Of a DNA stretch of 64,000 nucleotides, positions 1 to 13,152 are shown piece by piece. Numbering within the stretch: position 1 is the stretch's first letter; each line of letters opens with the position of its first letter. The stretch comes from Sminthopsis crassicaudata (lineage: Eukaryota). Under the pieces are notes generated by a model that saw only the letters and a list, made by a program, of their open reading frames with translations, did no database searches and was not told the DNA's origin. The stretch covers positions 388,944,562-389,008,561 of the forward strand of contig NC_133618.1 in assembly GCF_048593235.1 (NCBI RefSeq), given 5' to 3'. Position numbers and translations under genes: made by a program.

Positions 1-1000
1 GACCCTGCCTAAACTACCCCCGCCTTTAGGTGCGAAAGAGCTCTTCGTCCACACCAGACGGGTCTCCTTGGTGCAGCGCGGCACACACCTGTGCCAGGCC
101 CTCCGACCCTCGCGGGCCTAGCTTACACTCTCCGCCGCCCCACCGCGGACGCTCGCGCACCGCACAAAGATGCCCAATCTGGGTGTTCGACCCAGGACCG
201 ACATCATCGGGACTCGCCTGCCCGTGCGCCCCCGGAACTCGCGGAGTGCGGGGGCGTGGCCGCAGCTGCGCACTGAGCGCCCCGGGGGAAAATGGCGGAT
301 GACAAGGTGAGTGTCCGTGCAGGCGTGGGGCTGTGGGGAGGAGGGCTGTTCTCTGTCCCCTGTGCTCCTCAGACACTGTTCCGGGTGCCGGATCCGCTGT
401 CTCCGCCTTGCAGACTCCAGCCCCACGAGAGCTCTGGGAGCTGGGGGCTCAGGACACTGGAGTCTGGTTTTAGCGCTTGACATTTAAACTCGCTGGGTGG
501 CCTGAGTGCATTACTCCCCTTCCTGGGCCTGGCTTGTGGAAAGTCGCCGGCTGGGCCGCCTCCCCGCCGAGCCTGCCTCCCAGGCCGCTCAGCCCGCCCT
601 CCGGCTCCCATCCATTTTGTAGAAGGCTGAGTCCGGGAAGGGCAGAAGGGACCCCGGCGGGGGCGGTACCCCGTGTCCATGGCCCCCCGCCGGCCGGGAG
701 GGAGAGTTCTCCCACTCGCGGGCCGGTGCGGCTCCCCCGCCGGCCCTCTGTTTCTAGGTTAGTCTAGCCGTCTGGGAAGCACTTAGCCTTGGGGGAGCAG
801 GTCACCCAGACCGAGGATGGGCCTTCCCACACGCGGGTCGGATTCAGAGCCGGGAAGTTCACAATTCTCCGCACGCTCGGAGGAACAGTGCTCATGTCAG
901 TACCGTCTGCCGGCTCCGGGCAGTTCTCTAAATTTCAGGCTCACGGCCGAAGAATTGGGGCCAGAAAGAATTCTGCTTTACCTAAGTACCAAATCGGTTA
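1..1000. promoter_or_regulatory. CpG island / probable bidirectional promoter of SLC35A4 and an upstream minus-strand gene
   Basis: Very GC- and CpG-rich. A YY1-like AAAATGGCGG overlaps the uORF ATG (289-298). The boundaries are approximate. Confidence 0.75.
127..290 (-). other. Possible non-coding first exon of the upstream head-to-head gene (APBB3 by synteny)
   Basis: A minus-strand donor-like GTAAGC lies at 126-121 inside the CpG island. No APBB3 coding sequence is recognisable in the window, so identity rests on synteny only. Confidence 0.3.
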
Positions 1001-2013
1001 TCTCTCCGTAGAAAGGCCTGAATCTGGCTAACTTGTATGGAAAGGGCGCTCTCATCCATCAGTTCAAAGGGAAACCCCTTGGGTAAAGGGCTCCTGCTTT
1101 GGGACATTCTTGTTTGGAGCTGCCAGTGCTAGGCCGGGGTAGTAAGAGAAGGTTCCAGAAGGTGGACCTTAGAAAGCAAAAGAACTGTTCTGGGACATGA
1201 TTTACTTCTTGAGTTCTCCTTGTGCGTTCTTGAGCTTTGGTAGACATGAAGAAGGGGGAGGGGGGACAGAGTACAGAGGACTCAGTCAAACTGCCCTGTA
1301 AAAGCTGCTCTCTTGCCCTAGGACTCCATGCCAAAGGTGAAAGACCTGGCATTCCTAAAGAATCAGCTGGAACATCTACAGCGGCGACTGGAGGAGGAGG
1401 TCAAGACAGGTGTGGAACAGGTAATTGACAAGGTTGGCATGAGGGCACAAGTACACTCACACAGTTCCCACCTGATACCACCTGATGGTGGTCGTGGTGT
1501 AGCTGAGGTCTGGTACTTTGCTGGATCGTATTCTCCCTCCTTCTGATGTCTGCAGTTTTATAACAGAGTATAGACAAGAGCCGTGTGAGCTACAGAAAAG
1601 GAACTGTGGCAGGGAAGAACAAAGGCTTAAAGTGGTAGACCACCGGCAGACTGACTAGTATTCTTCTGGGGTTTTCCGACCAAACAAACTTGAGAAAATA
1701 TCTGTGTACTCCCTAAGTTCCTGGCGGGAAAAGGAGGCAGAGGTTTTCAGCCTCATTGATAAGGCCTGTGTTCCATCTTGATTTTCCATGCTCCCTGTCT
1801 CTGATTTTCTTGCAGGAAGGCTCGTTCCTGTCATCTCCTTTTCTCAAGGGCTTCCTGGCTGGCTATGTAGTAGCCAAGTTAAGAGCATCTGCAGTAATGG
1901 GCTTCGCAGTTGGTTTGTGCACCGGCATCTATGCGGCACAGTCTTACGCTGTCCCCAACGTGGAGAAGACGTTGCAGGATTATCTCCGATCCCTTCGGAA
2001 GGGACCTGACTAG
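292..2013 (+). CDS. SLC35A4: SLC35A4 upstream-ORF microprotein (SLC35A4-MP/STREMI-like, 103 aa)
   Basis: Exons 292-306, 1322-1420 and 1816-2013, all GT-AG and phase 0. They translate to MADDK DSMPKVKDLAFLKNQLEHLQRRLEEEVKTGVEQ EGSFLSSPFLKGFLAGYVVAKLRASAVMGFAVGLCTGIYAAQSYAVPNVEKTLQDYLRSLRKGPD*, which matches the human 103-aa altORF as recalled. Confidence 0.95.
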
Positions 2014-2447
2014 TGGCCTTCAGCAGTCCTCCCTCCAGGTCATCTCTAGGAGGGCTCTCTTGAGAAGACTTGGAATCTGGGTCAGCATGGATAGGCAGCA
2101 CACCTGACTGTATAGTTATCGAGGATAGAGTCAGGCTATCTTGCCCTATATCCAGCTTCCCCAGGATTTTAATTGCCTCAGCTGCTCCAGACCACAGATG
2201 TTTTCTCCTTGTCCTGTACCTCTATCCTTCCTTCTTCCCACCAGCATCTGTGCTTCTAAACTGTGTGTATGTTCAAACCTGCTTCTTCCACTACTGATTA
2301 TCCTATGGCATACTTAGTTCCTCATCAGTCTGATAGTGTAGGAGCCAGCTCCATCACTCAATTTTACCAGATGGACTATAGGCTTCCCCCCCACTCTTCT
2401 TCTTGCCATTACTTACCTACCTAAAGGCCTAGGTTGGTAGAGTGGGG

Positions 2448-3410
2448 ATGAATGTGGAAGAAGGGGGCATACCGGGCATAGGGCGCCCAAGCCAGGCCCG
2501 ATGGGTGCTTATGCTCCTCCTGTCCACGACCATGTATGGTGCCCACGCCCCGCTGTTGGCCTTGTGTCGAATAGATGGCCATGTCCCTTTCCGCCCCTCT
2601 TCAGCTGTGCTTTGGACGGAACTGACCAAATTGCTGCTATCAGCATTCTCTCTGATGGCCCGACGGCAGCCCAGACTGTGGGACACTCTCCCGTGGCGCC
2701 AGGCTGCCCCTTTTGCACTCTCTGCACTGCTCTACGGTGCCAACAATAACCTCGTCATTCACCTGCAGCGGTACATGGATCCCAGCACCTACCAAGTGAT
2801 GAGCAACCTCAAGATTGGCAGTACAGCTCTCCTGTACTGCCTCTGCCTGAACCGCCGTCTCTCTGCCAGACAGGGGCTGGCACTGCTGCTGCTGACTGGT
2901 GCCGGAGCCTGTTACGCCGCCGCAGGCCTCCAGGATCCGCAAGGCCTCCTCCCACCCCCGCCAGCTGCGGCCATGCCCCTCCACGTGACCCCCCTGGGGC
3001 TGCTGCTGCTGCTCCTCTACTGCCTCATCTCAGGCCTCTCCTCAGTCTACACCGAGCTGCTCATGAAGAGGCAGCGCCTGCCCCTGGCCTTGCAGAACAT
3101 GTTCCTGTACTCCTTTGGGGTACTTATGAACTTGGGGCTCTATGTGGGAGGTGGGCCAGGCCCCGGGCTCCTAGAAGGCTTCTCAGCCTGGGCAGCATTG
3201 GTGGTTCTGAGCCAGGCCCTCAATGGACTGCTCATGTCAGCCATCATGAAGCATGGGAGCAGCATTACCCGGCTCTTTGTCGTCTCCTCTTCCCTGATTG
3301 TCAATGCTGTGCTCTCAGCCACCCTGCTTCACCTCCAGCTCACAGCTGCCTTCTTCCTGGCCCTCCTGCTTATTGGACTGGCTGTACATCTCTATTATGG
3401 AGGCCGGTAG
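2448..3410 (+). CDS. SLC35A4: Probable UDP-sugar transporter SLC35A4 (320 aa, single coding exon)
   Basis: ORF MNVEEGGIPG...LYYGGR with multi-TM nucleotide-sugar transporter motifs (LYGANNNL, TYQVMSNLKI, SGLSSVYTE). The ATG is at 2448; the ORF track starts at an upstream GTG. Confidence 0.97.
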   Translation: MNVEEGGIPGIGRPSQARWVLMLLLSTTMYGAHAPLLALCRIDGHVPFRPSSAVLWTELTKLLLSAFSLMARRQPRLWDTLPWRQAAPFALSALLYGANNNLVIHLQRYMDPSTYQVMSNLKIGSTALLYCLCLNRRLSARQGLALLLLTGAGACYAAAGLQDPQGLLPPPPAAAMPLHVTPLGLLLLLLYCLISGLSSVYTELLMKRQRLPLALQNMFLYSFGVLMNLGLYVGGGPGPGLLEGFSAWAALVVLSQALNGLLMSAIMKHGSSITRLFVVSSSLIVNAVLSATLLHLQLTAAFFLALLLIGLAVHLYYGGR

Positions 3411-4371
3411 AGCCCGCCCTCTGCAGCTACTTGGCCCTCCGATGCTATTAATGCAGGCTCAGTATTACTGTAGTCAACATTGTCCTTTCCAGTAACAAGG
3501 ACTCACCTTGTGGAGAAGGTGCTTCTCTTCTTCCTTGTTGGAGTTGGAAGGCCCATCAGGATGGGGGCCGCAGGGGGTCAATAGAGGTGTTAATGATTCC
3601 AGTCTTATCTTAGCCTCTTTCTACCTATCTGCTGACTCTTAAGTGACTGCACGTCTTCCTTCCCTTGTGGCTTTAGCCTGCTATTTCCTCCTGCTAGTCC
3701 CAGCCAGAAACCCTGATTGAAGTGCCTTTGAGAGGACAGGGCTGCAGTCAGATACAGGGAAGCCCCTGGTAGAAGGAAGAGGTCTGAAGCAGAACTGAGT
3801 TTTTGCTATGGAAACACTGTTATTGGCTCAAGTTTGTCCCCCAGGTTCTGACAACTCCTGCTTCCTTCATTGTGTAGAACAAAGGGGAAATCAGTTAGGG
3901 ATTCTGCCTCTATCAGCTGCTGTCTGGAAGACCAGAGGCCTAGCTCTCACTGTATCAATCCTGATGTCCCAAGCAGTGAGCCATTCTTCTCACTCCATCC
4001 CTCCTGTCCTGGTCATTTAAACTCCATCCTGGATTACTGAGATGTGAGCTCTGAAAACTAGCCAGAGTTAGGCAACAGAAAGTCTTTTCCTGTTTTGAGT
4101 ACTGAGTATTTTGTTCCCATAGGTAATACTTGCTTTTCTAATACATCTCTCATCTAGAGCAGAAATGGGCTTGTTTTAAGTCTTTCTCCACTTTATTGAC
4201 TCAGATCCTATAGCAATGCACCAAAAAGCCAAAATGTTGCAGGCAACTTTGACCTCCTTTGTCCCATCCCAATCTTTCTGAAAAGTTCTGCCAGTGCCAT
4301 GGTCCATAATGTCTGGCAACTCTACCAATTGGGTGTGTCTCTTCTCTCTTCCCCCACCCTCCCTTACATCC

Positions 4372-4670
4372 AATAAACTCCTGTAATTACAGAGGGAAAC
4401 TCAACTCTTCCCCTCTATGCTGCTGTTTGTCCAGAGTCATGACCAAGTCTCCTTTATCAAATCAGGGATGAGCAGGTTCAGAAGGAATGGTACTTGCCCT
4501 CTCTTATGGCCCATATGCTTTTGTTACAGTCTGGAGGGCTCTCATCAGCTCTGTTGCTTTATACTCCTGGATTCTGCTCCTGCTAGGAAATCTTGGCCCT
4601 TGGCTTGGCCACTTGTCCTGTGATATACCCTTAATTCCTAGTAAGCCAGAAACTCCTTTTCAGGAATAAA
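4372..4670 (+). terminator. Candidate polyadenylation signals for SLC35A4
   Basis: AATAAA at 4372-4377 and 4665-4670, with another at 4744-4749. Which one is used is not determinable from sequence. Confidence 0.5.
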
Positions 4671-6057
4671 TTAGACTAGGGCATGTAGGATTTTTCTATA
4701 GCTCAAATCAGTGTCTCCTTCATTGTATAAGCAATAAGGTCTCAATAAAATGTATTTGGGAGTAGGGATTTCCCTACCATCTGCCATGCTGCCTGTGTCT
4801 TGTGTCCTCTGTAAATTGAAACCATCCCTGATTCTAATTGAGTTTTTTGCTGCTGCTGAATTGAAGATCTTGGAGAGTCTCATATATCTTAGATGGTAAG
4901 TTAATGGTGTTAGGTGTCATGTTTCAGGCACCATGAGGTCACTGAGTGCCAGAATGGTTTGTGCTTTCATTGAGTTTTAAGACAAGAATGAGTCAGTAGA
5001 GTAGGACCCCCAAGCCTAGGTCCTTTCATACTATACTATACTATTTTCATACTATAAATTCCAGGGGAAAATGAAAACAAAAACCAAACATAAACAAATT
5101 TAAACCATGCAACTCTCAACCCAATGCAATCTGGCTTCTGATCATCATCAGTAAAATTATTTCCTCAAAGTTTATCCATAATTTAAATAGCTAAATCAAA
5201 TTAACTTTTCTATATTCTAATCCTTTGATCTGTCACTTAATATTGTTGATATACCTCTCTTGGATAGTAATCCATCTATATACTTCTGTGATCATCTCTC
5301 TTCTGATTTTCCTGTATATTTTTTTATATATACCTGAATTTTCTTCCATTTCTTGCCTCTTTAAAATGGATACTATCCTAGACCTATCTCTCCACTCCCA
5401 CTCTTATGATTTCTCCCTTGTCAATTTCATCAGTTACCACAGATTTCAACTATCTTTTTGCATGTGATTCTCAATGAAACCTGAATCTATCTACTGGATG
5501 TTTGTAGTACATTTCCCCACCTACCTGGATATCCATTTGACTGCAAATTTAAATTGTCCAAAAGACCTGAAATCTTCCCTTCTACTACTCTTCTCCACAA
5601 CCAACACTTAGAGATATGTAACCTCAGGTTTCATCTTTGTTCTCTCATCACCATCTCCCTTATACATTCACATTCACTCAGTTTTGTCCAGTCTATTTCC
5701 ATATCATTTCTCATATTCATCCCTTTCTTTCCCTCTGACTCAGAAAAAATAGCCTGTCTCCTAATCATGCCATTTCCTGACTCCCATTTTCAATTTGGTG
5801 CTTTTCAGAGAGCAAATTTGTTACATGCGTAGCTATATCTCTGTAATGGAACATGCTAATCTGCATTTGTACAGAGAATTTGCTCACTGGAAGTTCCTTG
5901 TACCAGAGAATTTGAAGGTTTAGCCCCAAAAGTAATTTTCTTTGGGTAAAGATATAAATTATCCCTTTTCTTAGGGATCTTAAATTTCATTGGTGGCTAT
6001 AACAGTCAGACATAAATATATGTATCTGAAATACTTTTTTTTCTTGAAAGTTGGACT

Positions 6058-6206
6058 TTTTAAAATCTTTTGTGAAGCAATTGGGGTTAAGTGACTTGCC
6101 CAGGGTCACACAGTTAGGAGTGTAAAGTGTTTGAGATCACATTTGAACTCAGGTCCTCCTGACTCCAGAGCTGGTGTTCTATCTACTGCACCACCTAGCT
6201 GCCCCC
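6058..6206 (-). mobile_element. Marsupial tRNA-derived SINE (WSINE1-like)
   Basis: The reverse complement carries the GGGGCAGCTAGGTGG head and B-box. Flanks aaagttggact / aaagtgggact look like an imperfect TSD. Confidence 0.85.
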
Positions 6207-6449
6207 AAAAAGTGGGACTCTAAGAGGCAGAGGTGAAGAGGACAAACTCCAGGCATGGGTGATGGCTTATTTAAAGACATGCATATAGAAAGTGAAATGT
6301 TTTATACAGGGGACTGCACATAGGCCAGTCTGGCTGGATTGTAAGATGCACATTAGGAAGTACTAATAAGAATCAGACTGGGAATATAAATTGTAATCAA
6401 ATTGCTATTAAAGTATTTATCCTAAGTTTATAAAGAAGCTTGGAAGTCT

Positions 6450-8460
6450 TTCTGCCAAGATAAAGCCGGGAACAAAATGAACACAATTATAAAACACGTC
6501 ACACAAAATTTGAACTTTAAACAATTGAAAGAATATATCAAGTGTTCGTGGATAGGCTGAGCTAATATAATACAAATGACAATTCTACCTAAATTAATCT
6601 ACTTATTCATTGCCATACTAATCAAATTGCCTAGAAATTATATATATAGTTTGAAAATTACAAAATTTATCTAGGAAAAAAGGTCAAGAATTTCAAGGAA
6701 ATTAATGGGGAAAAAAATTGCAAACGAAGGTGGCTGTGCCAAATCTAAAACAAAAGCAGTGGTCATCAAAACCATTTGGTAGTGGCTAAGAAATAGACCA
6801 GTGGAAAAATGGAATATGTTAGATTCATAAGAAACAATAGTCAAATGTATACATATATTGTATTTAACTTATACTTTAATATATTTAACATGTATTGGTC
6901 AACCTGCCATCTGGAAGAAGGGGAAAAGTTGAAATAAAAGGTTTTGCAATTGTCAATGCTGAAAAATTACCGATGCATAAAATTTTTGTAAAAATTAAAA
7001 TAAATTAAAAAAAGAAACAATCAAGACGACAGTAATGTAACATTTAATAAGTCTAAAGACTTTTGGGATAAGAACTCACTTTTTGACAAAAATTGCTGGG
7101 AAAATTGGAAAATAGTATGGCAGAAACTTTAGTACTGATCAAGACCTAACATCTTGTATCAAGATAAGTCAAAATGGATTCACAATTTAGATACAAAGGG
7201 TGATACTATGAGCAAATTGGAAGAACAAGGGATAGTTTACCTCTTAGATCTGTGGAGAAGGAAGGAATTTATGCCAAAGAGGAACTAGAAAACATTATGA
7301 AATGCAAAATGGATAGTTTAAATTACATCCAAGAGTTGATAAAGCTTCCATTTCTAAAATATATAGAGAATAAATTGACTCAAATTTATAAGAATATAAG
7401 CTTTTCTACAATTGATAAGTGGTCAAAAGATATGAACAGACAATTTTTAGATGAAATTAAAACCATATTTAGTCATGAAAAAATGCTCCAAATCACTATT
7501 GATTAGAGAAATGCAAATTAAGACAACTGAGGTACCACTTCATACTTCTCAGATTGACTAAGATGACAGGAAAGGATAATGATAAATGTTGGATGAGGGA
7601 AAACTGTAACACTGATGCATTATTGGTGAAGTTGTGATTTGATCCAACAATTCTGCAGAGCAACTTGGAACTATGACCAAAAAGCTATAAAACTGCATTC
7701 CCTCTGATCCCGCAGTATCTCTGTTGGGTCTAATCTCAGAGATCATAAAAAAAGGGAAAAAGACCCACATGTGCAAAAATATTTGTAGCAGCTCTTTTTA
7801 TAGTGGCAAGTAATTGGAAACTGAGTGGATGCCCATCAGCTGGAGAATGGATGAATAAGTTATGGTATATAAATGTAATGCAATATTATTGTTCTATAAG
7901 AAACAATCAGCAAGTGAATTTCAAAAAGGCCTGGAGAGATTTGCATGAAATGATGCTAAGTGAAGTGAGTAGAACCAAGAAAATACATTACATACATTAT
8001 ACAAACTGTACAAAAACATTATACAAAGTATACAAAAACATTATACACAGCAATAAGATTATGTGAAGATCTCTGTGATGAACTTGGCTCTTTGCAACAA
8101 TGAGAAATTTAAGGCAATTCCAATAGACTTGTGATTCAAAGAGAAAGAGAACTATGAAGACTGTGAATCAAAACATACTATTTTCACTTTTTTGTTTGTT
8201 GTTTATTTGCTTGCCTTTTTTTTTCCTGTGTTTTTTTTTTTTCTCTTTCACCTTTTGATCTGATTTTTTCTTGTGCAGCCTGACGGATATGGAAATATGT
8301 TTAGAAGAATTACAAATGTTTAACCTAAATTGGATTGTTTGCTGTCTGAGGGAAGGGGTAGAGGAGGGAGGAAGAAAAATTTGAAATGCAAAGTTTTGCA
8401 AAAGTGAATATTGAAAACTAATTTTGCATGTATTTAGAAAAATAAAAAAGCTATTTTTAA
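6450..8460 (+). mobile_element. Decayed LINE-1 3' portion (ORF2 C-terminus and 3' UTR) with a nested L1 tail at about 6840-7011
   Basis: ORF2-like peptides IDKWSKDMNRQF and NWKLSGCPSAGEWMNKLWY. The nested tail is flanked by aagaaacaat (6829-6838, 7012-7021). Boundaries are approximate. Confidence 0.9.
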
Positions 8461-11239
8461 ACAATGGACATAAAGAAACCTGTGTGTTGGCTGTTGGATG
8501 AAAGAAGGATTGGAGAAGAGATTTGAAGCAGGTAGTCTAATTAGGAAACTATTGTATTTGTTTGGGTGAGATGATGGAACAGAACTAAGCTTGTGAGAGA
8601 GACAAAGGCAATATATGTGGAACTGACAAACCAGAGTAATAGAATGTGGGGGAGAGGAAAGTGAAGAGTAAAGTGTGACAAGTTTTGAACTTGGGAGACT
8701 TGAAGGACAGCAGTGCTCTCAACAGATAGAGGGCAGTTAAGAAGACAAATGAGTATTAGGGGAAAGATAATTTTGATTTTAGAGATGCTGAATTTGAGAT
8801 GCCTTCAGTACAACTAGATAGAGATGCCCATCAGGTATGGATATGGGACTGGGGCTTTAGAGAAAAAAAGGTTAGGAATGTGAATCAGAGAAATATGCAT
8901 GGGGTAGAATGGCATGGGGAACAGTACCTACTATATGCAATACACTGTGCTAAGTGCTTTACAAATACCTCATTTAATCTTCACAACAATTTTGTGAAGT
9001 AAGTCCTATTACTATTCCCATTTTACAGTTGAAGAAACTGAAGCAGACAGGTAAAGTGATTTGCCCAAGTCACACTGGATGAACTGAAGGTCACATCTGA
9101 ACCCAAGTCTTCCTAACTCCAAGTTCAGTGCTCTGTCCACTGTGTCCCCTAACTGTCTCTGCCTATTTAGACAGGGTAATACTTGAACCTACAGGAGAAG
9201 GAGCTGTCAGAGTACAGGAAGAGAGGATTGAGCAAAGGCTGCTGACTGAACAATTAGGAATCTATCGGTAATCTTAACAAAAAAAAAAAAAAAAAAAAAC
9301 CAACAACAACAATTTCAGCTGAACTGTGAGATCTGAAGCCAGATTTCAAGGATTTTCAAAATTCTATCTTCCCTCTAAATTCAGCTTCCTGGTCGAGTCT
9401 CCTCAGGGTATTTTCTGTTGATTGATTCCCGGTATTGTTAGAGCTATCTTTTCTTATATGACCTTGCATTAGCTTCCCTTTGCATAAATCTCTGGCAGTA
9501 TGTAAGCTTCTCCTGTGCAGAAACACCCCTTCTCTAGCAGTCTCCAATGTTGTGTGCAAGTAAGAAATATTGATGGATTTGAACTGTGCCAAATTTGCAT
9601 CAATGTTCTCTTACCCATTTTGATTTTTTCCACAAGATTTTTATCCAATGCTCCCACATCCTTCTCGGGAAACAATTCAAATTCAACCAATATTTATTAC
9701 ATAAGGTAGGCAGCACAACCTTGTGAATAATGGGCTACCTTGGAATCAGAAAGATGTCAGTGCAAGATCTACTTTCTATCCAATTGACTGAGATTTCAGG
9801 GGTCTCTTACCCTTTTTAAACCCCCAGCCTATTCTCAAAGACTGTTAAGTTACAGATAAGTGGTTGATTTGTATCTACAGAAGGAATTTCCAGACTAAGA
9901 GTTCCCTTCCCTGATGAAAGCACAGCAGATGCAAAAACAAAACCATCCCTGCCCTCAAGAAGCTCATATTTTATTTCAGGAGCTCAATGGATAGTTTACA
10001 GAGCTGCTGAGAAGAAATAGTATCAAAGGCAAGGAGGAAAAAACTAATTGACATTAAATGACATTAAAATGAAGACAATAGTAGCACCTACCCCATAGGG
10101 TTGTTATTAAGTATGAAATGAAAAGGTAAATCTGTAAAGTACTTTGCAATCCTTTAAAGCACTACATACATGAGAACTGTTATTCAGAAACGGGAATTAA
10201 AGGGACAGTTAGATGGAAAGAGCACCTCCTGGAGTCAGGAGGACCTGAGTTCAAATATGGCCTCAGACATTTAATACTTTCTAGCTGTGTGATCTTGGAC
10301 AAGTCACTTAATCCCATTTGCCTCAGCAAGAAAAAAGAAAAGAAATCGGAGCTAAAGGGGGAAAATGGAGGCTTATAGTAGGAAAGTACTAAGAGTATAA
10401 TACTATGGTCACATCATGGTATCATCTCCCTGATATCATAGTCCAATGTGACTAAAGTATTGAAGCTTCAACATTTGACCTTTCAGTGAAAAGCCCAAAA
10501 TAATTTATTTTAAGTATTAATTGATTTGACCTCTGTTATCCAATGGATGTTGTTATTCAACAGAGTAGAATAAAAGACATTAAAGATGAGGTTTTCATTG
10601 ATTATTGATGAGATGGCTATAATGACAAGGAAGAATAAAAATATTGGAGGGGGGGAAGATGAAACAATGAGCACCTATTTTAGATAATATGAATTTGGAC
10701 CAATTTGTAGCAGGTGATGGAGTGACCCCAGAGTTGAAAATATTGGCAGACCTGAATGGATCTAGGTCAGGGGAACCAAAGAGTCTAAAGCAGAAGATAA
10801 GATATAGCTAAACTAGTCAACTACCATTAAAATCATGAAAGGAGAAAACTAAGGCAAGAGTAGAACAGTCTTGGGAAGGGACATTCAGGTCAAAGTAAAT
10901 ATAAAGACTGTATTTGAGAGAGTTAAAGATAGGTCAGATTATTATCTAAGGGCAGTAATGGTAGAATTCAGAATCAGGAAGGTAACAGATCTAGGGCTTG
11001 ATGATCTCTGTGGCTGAAATGGAATGAAGCTGTAGGTCATGGTCTGATATAGGACATGGTCTGTGTGGTTAAAACACTTCCTTTTTATTAAGGAAGAATA
11101 AGTTTGCTCAGTCAGTCAAAATTAGAAGATTTTACTTAACTTTTTATGACAAAATGCTATAGGAAAATAATTTACTAGGAAGTGATTAATTTGCCAAGAT
11201 GTCTCAATAAAGAAATTTTAAAAGATATATCATGTTTAA

Positions 11240-12320
11240 TATTATATAATGGAAAATGCAAATGTTAGAGGCAATGTAGGAAAGCTGGTACACTAAGCAC
11301 TGTTAATGAAATTGTGAACTGATTCTGGAGAACAATTGGAACTATACCCAGAGGTCCAGTTTCTGGAATAAGAACTCACTATTTGACAAAAATTGCTGGG
11401 AAGGCTGAAAAATAATGTGTCAGAAATTTAGCATAGACCTACATCTCACACCCATAACAAAACAAGATCAAAATGGATATATGATTTAAACATAAAGGAT
11501 GATACCATAAACAAATTAGAACAAGGGTTAATTTACCTATATCAGATCTTTGAAGAAGGGAGGAATTTATGGCCAAAGAAGAATTAGAGAACATTATGAA
11601 AGGTAAAATGGACAACTTTTATTACATTAAACTAAAAAAATTTTGCACAAACAAAATCAACAGAAACAAGATTGAGAGAAGTATAAAGCTGGGGAAATCT
11701 TTAGAGCCAGCATTTCTAATAAAGGTCTCATTTCTAAAATATATAAAGAACTGTGTCAAATTTATAAGAATACAAATCATTCCTCAAATGATAAATGGTC
11801 AAAGGATATGAACAGACAAATTTCAAGAGATGAAATTAAACCCATATGGAACTATGCCCAGAGGGCCATAAAACCATGCGTAACGCCCTTTGATCCAGCA
11901 AAACTAAAGAGACTTTTAAAAAAGGAAAAAGAGCTATACATACAAAGATATTTATAACAGTTCTTTCTGTGGTGGCAAAGAATTGGAAAGTTAGGAGATA
12001 AATATCCATCAATTGAGGAATAGCTGAACAAATTAGTGGTATATGATTTTAATTGAATACAATTGTGTGACAAGAAATGATTGGCAAGATGCTTTCAGAA
12101 AAGCCTGGGAAAATTTACATGAATTGATGTGAAGTGAACAGAATAAGGAGAACATTATTCATAGTAACAGCAATATTGTATGATATTCAACTTTGAATGA
12201 CCTAGCCATTCTCAGCAATACAATGGTGTAGTTCTGAAGGACTTATGAAAAATGTTACCCACTTCTAGAGAAAGAACTAATGGCATCTGAATGCAAATTG
12301 AAGCATACTTTTTAATTTTT
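11240..12320 (+). mobile_element. Decayed LINE-1 ORF2/3' UTR fragments
   Basis: Peptide MAKEELENIMKGKMDNFYYIKLKKFCTNK and the DKWSKDMNRQF-type nucleotide tract. Confidence 0.85.
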
Positions 12321-13054
12321 TTTCTTTTTTTTGCTGAGGCAATCGAGATTAAGTGACTTGCCCAGGGTCAAACAGCTATGAAGTATTAAAAGGGTATACA
12401 TAATTCTGTATCTGACATACACTGCTCTATGTGAACTATGTGAATCTATGTGGATCACTTTAAACTCCTTGGACTCTATTTTTCTTATCTTTACTAGTAC
12501 TAGAAGAGGTTGGACCAAGATCATGGGATCTCATTCCAACAGATGAAGAAACTGAGTCCCAGAGAATTCATTGATCTGCTCATGATCACATAGGTTTAGT
12601 GTATCTATGAAAAAAAAAGGAAAAAAGAGTAATTGGAAATATCCAGGAAGAGGGAAGATCTTTTTTTAACCATAGTTGAGTATTTCCAGAGATAAGATGA
12701 AAAGAGAAGAAAGGGATTGTGTAAGAAGAAGAAGAAGAAGATTAAACTGGCTATGAGGTGGCAGGAAGTAGTAGAAAAGGGCAGTTTTCCGCAGACAAAT
12801 TCTAAAGCTGAGTCCCCAGAATTAGGAGTGCAAAAAGATGAGAATTTTCCAGGGCAGAAGGCCCTCCCTTCTCCAGAATTTTGTAACATTACACATTCTT
12901 CTCCAAACTCCAAGGAGCTGAGAGTAAAAAACCAGAAACTTCCAGTGATATGTAGAGATCATTAAATAGCTGATGATACCCAGAAGTGGAACTGAACTTA
13001 CACAGGTGCCAGCAAATAAAGAAGACTCCTGGCTGTGGTTGTCAGAAGCTTGTT

Positions 13055-13060
13055 TTTAAT
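13055..13060 (-). terminator. Candidate polyA signal (ATTAAA) of the kinesin-like gene
   Basis: tttaat on the + strand, about 95 nt past the predicted stop codon. Confidence 0.45.
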
Positions 13061-13152
13061 TTGACGCCTGAAGAACAGGTTTGACTCTGGGGCTGTGTCT
13101 GTTCGGAATTCCTTTTCTTTATGTAAAAGGTGTCAGGGCAGATGGCCAGAGC

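Noticed and set aside
2429-3322. Overlapping and antisense ORFs within SLC35A4
   Set aside because: They are codon-bias shadows of the main ORF.
9300-11100. Short ORFs and possible exons between SLC35A4 and the kinesin-like gene
   Set aside because: There is no consistent splice chain. The sequence resembles ancient L2/CR1/MIR debris.
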